Positions 9,946 to 16,996 of a stretch of DNA of 64,000 nt are shown in pieces. The notes under the pieces were generated by a model, which did no database searches, was not told where the DNA came from, and was given only the letters and a program-made list of their open reading frames with translations. The translations under genes and the position numbers were made by a program. Source of the stretch: Bacteroidales bacterium. Its GTDB lineage: Bacteria > Bacteroidota > Bacteroidia > Bacteroidales > JACABE01. The DNA lies in the NCBI GenBank assembly GCA_038204725.1, contig JBBRCQ010000006.1, positions 3,638 through 67,637 on the forward strand, in the 5' to 3' direction. Numbering within the stretch: position 1 is the first letter of the stretch; every line of letters begins with the position of its first letter.

Positions 9946-10986
9946 TTATTGTTTAGTTGTTATTTTTTTAATTTCTTTGTCAAAATCGCTTTCAATCAAC
10001 TTGTCTTTTGCAATCCTAAATTTCTCAAATTCATTTTCTGCCAGTGATAATGCAATTTCATGAGATACTTTGCCCTGATGTTTTAAAACAGCTTCTTCAT
10101 TAAACTGCAAGAATGCATCTAATTTTGCAACCCAATCTTTCATATACATAATCACCCCTTTATTTGCCTGGTTTTCTGCATAATCAAGATACATAGTTAC
10201 AATTCTATTTAGTCCGTTCAGTTCTTTTTCGTTCAAATAGTTTTTTGCAATGCCAACATCTGTTTTTCTAATTGCACCTTTAGGAGCATTTTTCCAGGTA
10301 CTTAATCCCATATTTTCTTTTGTGCTATCCACTCTTGACGAAATAAGTTCTGCAGCGGTTTGTCCGGTAATTGCCCAATGCAGTTTGTTTTGAACAGTAG
10401 CATAAAAAGTTTTTGTGGTTTCAGTATCTTTGCTGTAATCGGCACTGCAAGCCGAGTAGATATCTGTAATTTTTTGATAGAATCTTCTTTCGCTGCTGCG
10501 TATATCACGAATACGGGCAAGTTGTTCTTCAAAATAATCTTTGCCAAAGATGTTGTTCGGATTTTTCAACCGTTCATCATCCATCGTAAAACCTTTGATG
10601 ATGTATTCTTTTAAGCGTTCGGTAGCCCATATTCTGAAAGCCGTTGCCTGATGACTATTTACACGATAACCTACGGAAATGATGGCATCAAGATTGTAAA
10701 ATTTTGTAGTCGTTTCTTGTGTTTTCCCTTTTATAGCGCCATGTTGAGTGGTATGTGCAAAATTTGCACATACCAGTTGTTCCTGTAATTCGCCCGACTT
10801 AAAGATATTTCCAATGTGTTTGGTAACTACCGTTCTATCCACCCCAAACAAATCTGCAATTTTTTGTTGGGTAAGCCAAATAGTTTCGTTCTGCAAATAA
10901 ATTTCAACTTTCACCTTGCCATTAGCTGTTGTGTAAAGGAGTATTTCGTTGAAACCTTCTGAGGATTTGTTTGATTTTTTTGCCAT
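9946..10986 (-). CDS. RhuM-family (virulence protein RhuM-like) protein
   Basis: VEIYLQNETIWLTQQKIADLFGVDRTVVTKHI...FYNLDAIISVGYRVNSHQATAFRIWATERLKEYIIKGF is the characteristic RhuM N-terminal region. Confidence 0.8.
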   Translation of the reverse strand: MAKKSNKSSEGFNEILLYTTANGKVKVEIYLQNETIWLTQQKIADLFGVDRTVVTKHIGNIFKSGELQEQLVCANFAHTTQHGAIKGKTQETTTKFYNLDAIISVGYRVNSHQATAFRIWATERLKEYIIKGFTMDDERLKNPNNIFGKDYFEEQLARIRDIRSSERRFYQKITDIYSACSADYSKDTETTKTFYATVQNKLHWAITGQTAAELISSRVDSTKENMGLSTWKNAPKGAIRKTDVGIAKNYLNEKELNGLNRIVTMYLDYAENQANKGVIMYMKDWVAKLDAFLQFNEEAVLKHQGKVSHEIALSLAENEFEKFRIAKDKLIESDFDKEIKKITTKQ

Positions 10987-11096
10987 GGTTTAAACTTCAA
11001 TTTTGTTATGACGACTTAAGTTTTTTCCTTCGCTATATGTCTCTTTGTTGTGTGCAATGGTACATTCCCAGCTCAATTTGAGCTGTTAGGTGGGAA

Positions 11097-11260
11097 GTTT
11101 GAAACTACTTTCCTTTAGCTTGCTAAATTAGTTTATTTTTAGTTTTTTAAGCACTTTGTTCAATAAAACTACACTTATCAACAAACTGATATTGGCGATA
11201 AGGTAATAGGTAATGTTTTTGACCTGTCTTAACCTTTGCAACTGTGAAGCACCTATTTCC
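11097..11260 (-). repeat. copy 1 of a ~164-bp direct repeat (5' leader region of RhuM genes)
   Basis: Aligns by eye at roughly 90 percent identity with 13068-13230 (GTTTGAAACT...TTGTTCAATAAAAC...TTATCAACAAACTGATATT.GCGATAAG...TAGGTAATGTTTTTGACCTGTCTT.ACCTTT.CAACTGTGAAGCACCTATTTCC). Confidence 0.85.
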
Positions 11261-11315
11261 CGTTCAATATGATCATAATTTCCCTGAAACTTTCCAAATC
11301 GGCTTCATTTGAGGT

Positions 11316-11390
11316 GGCTTCGACAAGCTCAGCCACCGCTGCTCCGGTCACTGAGCCTGTCGAAGTCCGGTCACTGAGCCTGTCGAAGTG
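11316..11390 (+). repeat. hairpin-forming GC-rich repeat flanking GIY-YIG gene (left copy)
   Basis: GGCTTCGACAAGCTCAGCCACCGCTGCTCCGG, then two units of TCACTGAGCCTGTCGAAGT. CTTCGACAAGCTCAG pairs with CTGAGC(C/T)TGTCGAAG. Confidence 0.9.
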
Positions 11391-11400
11391 TCCTATTTTA

Positions 11401-11703
11401 CTATTTCTTTGTATTACCAAACTGTGTATAATTCTTTGATAATTCCGGTAATTTATCATATTCTTTGTTTATTAATGCTTCCTTTTTCTTTCTATTCCAT
11501 CCTTGTATTTGTTTTTCTCTGAAAAATGCTTCATCAATTCTTTCAAATTCTTCATAATATACCAATTTAACAGGTAAATGCTTTTTCGTAAAATTAGCAC
11601 CTTCACCAGCTTCATGCTGTAACATTCTTCTTCCTAAATCAGTTGTACTACCTGTGTAATACTGACCATTGGAACAAAGCAAAATATACATATATCCTTT
11701 CAT
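11401..11703 (-). CDS. GIY-YIG nuclease family protein (small stand-alone URI-domain protein)
   Basis: GYMYILLCSNGQYYTGSTTDLGRRMLQH...KKHLPVKLVYYEEF...A..REKQIQGW.R.KK is the classic GIY-(10-11)-YTG motif with the conserved R and E. Confidence 0.85.
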   Translation of the reverse strand: MKGYMYILLCSNGQYYTGSTTDLGRRMLQHEAGEGANFTKKHLPVKLVYYEEFERIDEAFFREKQIQGWNRKKKEALINKEYDKLPELSKNYTQFGNTKK

Positions 11704-11729
11704 AGATATTTTCCTTTTTTATTATTTGT

Positions 11730-11847
11730 GGCTTCGACAAGCTCAGCCACCGCTGCTCCGGACACTGAGCTTGTCGTATCACCGGACACTGAGCTTGTCG
11801 TATCTCCGGACACTGAGCTTGTCGAAGTGTCGAAGTGTCGAAGTGCC
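11730..11847 (+). repeat. hairpin-forming GC-rich repeat flanking GIY-YIG gene (right copy)
   Basis: The first 33 nt are identical to 11316-11348. Then three units of GGACACTGAGCTTGTCG(TAT/AAG) and (GTCGAAGT)3. Confidence 0.9.
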
Positions 11848-12588
11848 TTAATCTCCTGCATAATATAATTCTTTTAGTATAGCTCCATAATTGTCTTCTT
11901 GTTCATTTAACCTTAACCAGCCAATGAGCCCGAAGTCAGTTTTTACAAGGAAATATTTATCGATATCAAAATCTTCAAGCGTTGCATCGGCCAAAAGAAT
12001 TTCAATTTCATAATCCTTTGGAAGTTGAGCTATTATTTCATTTCCAACTTTTTCTTTGTACAATGTAATTTCTTTTAGCGTTTTGCCTTTTAATCCTACA
12101 TAGTTAAAGGGCTGTACAATTTCCAGAATTGTGTCGCTTTTTATTTGGAATTTTCTTCGGCGGTCATACATATTATTTACATGTCCGGAGGTATAAATGA
12201 TCCCAAAACCGTTTATATAAAATTCCAAACAGGAAAATCGGCCAATAATATCCCCTGTTTTATTTGTAACAACATATCCGGGGTCAGCACTCAAACCCTC
12301 AGAATAAATAATTGTCAAGCTATCTTTTAAATACTGATTTTTGAATTTTGCAACAATTGTCCATTCAGTAGGAAATGAATCTTTTTCGCAAAAAAGAGTA
12401 TCATCTTTTTCTAATGTATAACAAGGTTTATTGATAAAACGAGTAAACTTTTTATCATACGCAAAATAAACATTGTAATTTGTGTCAATTGAAACCTTCG
12501 TTAAATTGGGAAAATACGCTTTTGTCTGGCAAAAAGACGTCAGACTTATTATTATTAAAAATATAAAAATGAATTGTTTTGTTGTCAT
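11848..12588 (-). CDS. hypothetical secreted protein
   Basis: ORF with N-terminal signal-like segment FIFIFLIIISLTSFCQ. No recognised domain. Confidence 0.55.
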   Translation of the reverse strand: MTTKQFIFIFLIIISLTSFCQTKAYFPNLTKVSIDTNYNVYFAYDKKFTRFINKPCYTLEKDDTLFCEKDSFPTEWTIVAKFKNQYLKDSLTIIYSEGLSADPGYVVTNKTGDIIGRFSCLEFYINGFGIIYTSGHVNNMYDRRRKFQIKSDTILEIVQPFNYVGLKGKTLKEITLYKEKVGNEIIAQLPKDYEIEILLADATLEDFDIDKYFLVKTDFGLIGWLRLNEQEDNYGAILKELYYAGD

Positions 12589-12612
12589 AGTATACTTGCT
12601 TATAATGAATTA

Positions 12613-13038
12613 TTAAAGAAGAGAAGCCGATCCATGTTGAGTGGTTGTTCGGAATTTCCGAACAACCACTTTTTCGTACAATTCGCCTTTTTTATTATCT
12701 CTTAAAACATTGGTAGCCCATATTCTGAATTGCTTTCCTTGCTTTGATTTTACGCGATAACCAGCCGAAATGATAACATCCAAATTGTAGTATTCTATCA
12801 AACGTTCTACATTTCTTCCTCCTTCGTATTGAACTGTCGCAAAATTTGCAACAGTTGATTCTTTTTCAAGTTCTCCCTCAGTAAATACATTGCCAATATG
12901 TTTTCCAATTGTTTTCACATCTCTACCAAACAAAACAGCCAACTGTTGACGATTGAGCCAAACGCTATCTTCTTAAATTCTAACCTCAATACGTTCAGGC
13001 AGTTCGTTCGAATGATAGAGAACTATTTCGTTTTTCAT
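12613..13038 (-). pseudogene. RhuM-family pseudogene (in-frame TAA plus C-terminal truncation)
   Basis: ATG at 13038-13036 gives MKNEIVLYHSNELPERIEVRI, then TAA (12975-12973), then EDSVWLNRQQLAVLFGRDVKTIGKHI...YYNLDVIISAGYRVKSKQGKQFRIWATNVLRD in the same frame. The stop aligns with Q of YLQNETIW in the intact copy. Homology stops about 230 aa short of the intact gene. Confidence 0.75.
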
Positions 13039-13067
13039 TTTTTTCACATCTTGCTTTCAGGTGGTCT

Positions 13068-13230
13068 GTTTGAAACTCCTTTTCTTTAGCTTTCTAAATT
13101 AGTTGTTTTTTGTTTTTTACGCACTTTGTTCAATAAAACCATACTTATCAACAAACTGATATTAGCGATAAGTTTATAGGTAATGTTTTTGACCTGTCTT
13201 GACCTTTACAACTGTGAAGCACCTATTTCC
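13068..13230 (-). repeat. copy 2 of the ~164-bp RhuM leader repeat
   Basis: See 11097-11260. Confidence 0.85.
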
Positions 13231-13542
13231 AATTTTGTTACTTCACCTTTCAACTCATCATTGTTATCGCTAATCATTGCATCAACAAAAATTGAATTGA
13301 CCAAAGAAAGGACTATGTTTAGAAATCCTGAACTTGAATAAAAAAAGAATCTCAAATTACATCAAGCGAAATAGATTACAAACTTATAAAATTATAGCAT
13401 ACTAACAAGTATTTTGTTAGTAATTATTTAACAATTTTGCTTGTAATGTTGTTTTAGGTTATATGGGGGAGCCATGCTAAGACTTAGGAGAGTTTTAAAC
13501 ACTTTAACTTTTTAGGATATATTAATCTTTTCTTACCGATTT

Positions 13543-13589
13543 AAAAAAAGCAATGCCATCTGTTGAGATGGCATTGAAGTATTTTTTTA
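13543..13589 (-). terminator. rho-independent (bidirectional-looking) terminator downstream of queD
   Basis: CAATGCCATC-TGTTGA-GATGGCATTG 10-bp stem, flanked by an A-run and a T-run. Confidence 0.75.
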
Positions 13590-13672
13590 TTCCTTAGGAG
13601 GATTTTCACTTTGTAATCAATTTCTGTTAGCTTTGATAATAGATGAAAGCTTACATTCAGCTTACACGCTAT

Positions 13673-14122
13673 CTAACCATTATCTGAAGCAAACCACTCC
13701 GCAAAGGAATTGGATGTTTCATCTAACCGTATGCTAAACAGCTTTATATCTTCAGGCAATTTATTTTTGATTCTTTCTGCAAAATCTATCAGAAAATTCT
13801 CGCAACTGGGTTGGTATTGAACCAGAATCAATTTATCGGTCAACGTCTTTATTTCTGAGGAATAGGCCATTTCAGCGTTTGCATTTAAGATCAATGCATG
13901 GTCGAATGGTTTTACAATGCTTTCGTTTACAATTTGTTTGATAACGCCAAAATCCATCACCATCCCATTCTTAGGCGAATTGGCATCGTTGATGGGTTCA
14001 CCTATCAGCGTAACAGCCATTTTGTAAGAGTGGCCGTGGATATTCTTACAAGGACCATCATACCCCAACAAGGCATGGGCGCTTTCGAATTTAAATTCTT
14101 TTGTAATTCTTATTTTTGACAT
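13673..14122 (-). CDS. queD: 6-carboxy-5,6,7,8-tetrahydropterin synthase
   Basis: ITKEFKFESAHAL...C.NIHGHSYK...V. QueD/PTPS family signature with the Cys and His triad context. Confidence 0.85.
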   Translation of the reverse strand: MSKIRITKEFKFESAHALLGYDGPCKNIHGHSYKMAVTLIGEPINDANSPKNGMVMDFGVIKQIVNESIVKPFDHALILNANAEMAYSSEIKTLTDKLILVQYQPSCENFLIDFAERIKNKLPEDIKLFSIRLDETSNSFAEWFASDNG

Positions 14123-15459
14123 GATCGGATCAACTTAAATACTGATTTGCAATTTTTTCCACTTACAGTGATGAAATACATCCCACTCTCTAATGTGGAA
14201 ACATCAAGCTTTTGATGATTTAAAACCTGAGTGGATTGATAAACGATTTTTCCCCTGATATCTGTCACAACAATGCTTTCGGGAAGTGTATGCATATTCC
14301 GGATTTCTATATTCAACGCATCTATTGCAGGATTGGGATAAATTGACACTTTGTCAGCTAAGTCAATAAAATTCATACCACTACCTTGATTGGAAATAGT
14401 AATAGCTTTAAACCCTACAACGCCCGAGCCATCATTAGCAGTGGCTATCACTGTGTCAATGCCATCATTGATTGCAATCAGCAAACCTGCAGCATTTATA
14501 GTAGCCGTTGAATTGGTAACCGACCAGGTATAGCTGCTATTGCTTGCATTCACAGGCAATACAGTGGCCAGCATTTGCAATGATCCTCCCAATGTGGAAA
14601 TGGAATTTACACCTCCTTGTCCTTGAACGGTAATAGAGCTCACCAAAATAATGGGAATTCCACCCCATACAGCCGCTACATATTCAGGATGATCAATGTA
14701 AGGATTTCTATTGTTTTGAATCAAATAAACGGCATTGTTGCGGTTGATTTCTTTCTGACTTACAGGATCTAAATTGTTCCATTCTATCAGTAAGTTTTTT
14801 GCCCATGTTGTAAAAGAAGGGAATGTAGTATTGTCAAGCATATCTGTTGACCATGAAGAAAGTACATTCTGGTAACGCGTTACCATATAAAAATAATTTC
14901 TTGCAAAATCACCCTTGAAACTATCAATGGGTTCAAAAACGGTTCCTGTATAGCCAGGGAAAACATTAGGCCCTAATTTACTCCCATTTAGTGAAGTCCA
15001 GCTGGGGCTGTTTACTTTTCCAAATGGGAAATTGCTGCGTTTTCCGTTTACATATCCATCGGTAGGAACGATGTGAAACAAATCAGTAATCATGGGTGCT
15101 CCATCATTGAACCAGCTTTTTGGAAAAGAATGCTCGCGATTGTAACAATCGTTTTCACTGTTGTAATTCCCGCATTGTTGGGTGTAAAAAGTAAATTCAT
15201 AGGGCGGTGTTCCTGAAGGAATATCAGAATACATGTCCCATACTTTACCGTTGCTTTTTTTATCGGTATAAAACATATCCGTCCATAACTGATCGTAAGT
15301 TCTTACAGTATGTCCTTTAATGATGTTGTAAAGTGCAGTTTTCAAGGGCGCACCGTTCAATCCCGTTGCAGTAGAATAATATCCTGTAGGTATCTGGGCT
15401 GTTGCCGAATAGTGGATGATTAAAATGAAAGCGATAACGCTGAAAATTCTTTTTAACAT
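14110..15459 (-). CDS. secreted endonuclease I family nuclease with Ig-like (Big_2) domain and T9SS C-terminal sorting domain
   Basis: YNREHSFPKSWF...DLFHIVPTDGYVNGKRSNFPFG (endonuclease I core). SITVQG...LQMLATVLPVNASNSSYTWSV (Big_2-like). C-terminal VSIYPNPAIDALNIEI...GMYFITVSG...FKLI (T9SS type A tail). Start moved to MLKRIFSVIAFILI (15459), because the longer ORF overlaps mntP. Confidence 0.8.
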   Translation of the reverse strand: MLKRIFSVIAFILIIHYSATAQIPTGYYSTATGLNGAPLKTALYNIIKGHTVRTYDQLWTDMFYTDKKSNGKVWDMYSDIPSGTPPYEFTFYTQQCGNYNSENDCYNREHSFPKSWFNDGAPMITDLFHIVPTDGYVNGKRSNFPFGKVNSPSWTSLNGSKLGPNVFPGYTGTVFEPIDSFKGDFARNYFYMVTRYQNVLSSWSTDMLDNTTFPSFTTWAKNLLIEWNNLDPVSQKEINRNNAVYLIQNNRNPYIDHPEYVAAVWGGIPIILVSSITVQGQGGVNSISTLGGSLQMLATVLPVNASNSSYTWSVTNSTATINAAGLLIAINDGIDTVIATANDGSGVVGFKAITISNQGSGMNFIDLADKVSIYPNPAIDALNIEIRNMHTLPESIVVTDIRGKIVYQSTQVLNHQKLDVSTLESGMYFITVSGKNCKSVFKLIRSCQK

Positions 15460-15533
15460 GTTGATCTTTTTATTTCCAAATCGTTGGATAATGATAACAG
15501 ATGATAAAATTTTAAGTTTATAAAAGTAAAAGT

Positions 15534-16094
15534 TTATTGGAGCAATGTATGTTCGATTAAAATTTTTATTCCGATAATAATCAGCACCAGGCCACCTAAT
15601 AATTCTGCTGTACGGGGTTTGATAAATCGGTTGATATTCCCTAAACAAATTCCACCAAAAGAGATTGCAAAAGTAGTAATTCCGATAATAATGGATGCTT
15701 TGAGTATTGAAACTTCGAGAAATCCGAAACTGATACCTACCACAAATGCATCGATGGATGTTGCGATGGCCAGCATCATCAGCACATAGTTATTGTTGAT
15801 GTTAAACTGGCGTTCTTCAGGGTTTACTTTAATGGCTTCCACTATCATCTTTAAGCCAATGATAAACAGCAGCGAAAAGGCAATCCAATGATCGATCTGT
15901 TCAATCATATCTTTGAACGTATTGCCCAATAGCCATCCTAAAAACGGCATAATCCCCTGAAAAATGGCTAAAACAACGGCAATTTTCAGTCCTTTTCTAT
16001 AGTTGATACATTTTAAAGATCCACTGGTAAGTGAAACAGCAAAGCTATCCATGGATAAGCCTATTGCAATTAATAATAATTCTAAGAAACTCAA
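15534..16094 (-). CDS. mntP: manganese efflux pump MntP
   Basis: LLIAIGLSMDSFAVSL N-terminus and second half SIDAFVVGISFG. About 186 aa with 6 TM. Apparent TTG start. Confidence 0.85.
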   Translation of the reverse strand: MSFLELLLIAIGLSMDSFAVSLTSGSLKCINYRKGLKIAVVLAIFQGIMPFLGWLLGNTFKDMIEQIDHWIAFSLLFIIGLKMIVEAIKVNPEERQFNINNNYVLMMLAIATSIDAFVVGISFGFLEVSILKASIIIGITTFAISFGGICLGNINRFIKPRTAELLGGLVLIIIGIKILIEHTLLQ

Positions 16095-16166
16095 GGTTTA
16101 AATTTTTGGTTTGCAAAATTAATGAAATAAAAGACGTGAAATACTTTTATTTGTGATTTAGAGTAT

Positions 16167-16480
16167 GGTTAATTGTTAAAGGTTATTAAGTTATTGGTGA
16201 TTGGTTATTAAGTATCGATAGCTGAACAAAGTTGAAGTATTCTGACTTTAGTTACAACCAACCCGTCGGGTGCAAAGCTCCCGACGGATTATTGCTAGCT
16301 CCCGACGGATTATTAACGACCATTTAATGTTTACGATTTCTTTTATCTATGATGCTCTCAGGGCTATACCCCTTTGATGGTTATGATTTCTTTTATCTAC
16401 GAAGATTTTAGGGCTACGCCCATCTGATAACTTTCACTCTTCACTGTTCACTGTTCACTGTTAACTGATCACTGTTCACT
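16167..16480 (-). repeat. all-repeat intergenic spacer between GAF gene and mntP
   Basis: Contains, in + strand notation: heptamers TTCACT(C/G) x7 at 16433-16480; a duplicated ~45-nt unit (G.TTA.GATTTCTTTTATCTA.GA...T...AGGGCTA.(A/G)CCC) at 16330-16421; CTCCCGACGGATTATT x2 at 16279-16314, with an inverted CCGTCGGG at 16263; and TTAAT/TTATT words at 16167-16212. Confidence 0.9.
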
Positions 16481-16929
16481 AAATACACCAATCCAACAAT
16501 TTTCTCCAACCAAACAGCATCTACCGCATCAAAAGTACCCAGTTCTTTGCTGTCGATATCCAGCACACCGGTTACTTTTCCTGCTTTGTCGTGGATAGGA
16601 ACTACAATTTCGGATTTTGAACGGGAATCGCAGGCAATATGTCCCGGGAATTTTTCTACATCTGCAACCACAATGGTTTGATTGCTGTTGATGCCTGCCC
16701 AGCAAACGCCTGTATCTTTTTTTAATTCCATACAGGCCACAGAACCCTGATATGTTCTTACAATGAGCTGACCGTTTCGTAAACAATAGAATCCGGTCCA
16801 GAAAAACTGACTCATTTTATGATGAAGCAATGCCACAATGCTGCACATCCGTGCATCGGTATCTTCGCTTTTAAGCAATAATTGCTGTAATTGCCCAAAG
16901 ATTCGCTCGTATCTTTTTGATTTTTCCAT
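16441..16929 (-). CDS. GAF domain protein (free methionine-R-sulfoxide reductase / YebR-like)
   Basis: FFWTGFY......LIV..YQG..AC..L....GVCW.......IVV.DV..FPGHIACDS.SKSEIVVPI pattern of single-GAF fRMsr proteins. The last ~12 codons (VNSDQLTVNSEQ) are encoded by the heptamer array. Confidence 0.8.
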   Translation of the reverse strand: MEKSKRYERIFGQLQQLLLKSEDTDARMCSIVALLHHKMSQFFWTGFYCLRNGQLIVRTYQGSVACMELKKDTGVCWAGINSNQTIVVADVEKFPGHIACDSRSKSEIVVPIHDKAGKVTGVLDIDSKELGTFDAVDAVWLEKIVGLVYLVNSDQLTVNSEQ

Positions 16930-16940
16930 AATTTATTAAA

Positions 16941-16974
16941 AAAGACGATACCGGAAGCATCCGACATCGTCTTT
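16941..16974 (-). terminator. rho-independent terminator after the tryptophanase-family gene
   Basis: AAAGACGAT-loop-ATCGTCTTT with a T-run on the minus strand (ATCGTCTTTTTTAAT). Confidence 0.8.
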
Positions 16975-16996
16975 TTATGTTTAAGTGAATAAGAAA

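Noticed and set aside
11253-11851. ORFs 11253..11459 (minus) and 11669..11851 (plus), with peptides such as SLSKCRSVEVP and LRQAQPP.
   Set aside because: They read straight through the GC-rich hairpin repeats flanking the GIY-YIG gene. The repetitive peptide strings are translation artefacts of the repeats.
14110-15648. Longer N-terminal extensions offered by the ORF track: 14110..15648, 6659..7447, 7710..8516, 52116..55460, 42559..44520 and 33858..34589.
   Set aside because: The extensions overlap upstream genes or terminator hairpins and precede obvious signal peptides or canonical N-termini. Internal ATG starts were chosen instead.
16095-16166. A yybP-ykoY (manganese) riboswitch upstream of mntP.
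   Set aside because: The leader is AT-rich and repeat-derived, and I could not find the conserved GGAGAGUAG-type core by eye. An Infernal scan would be decisive.
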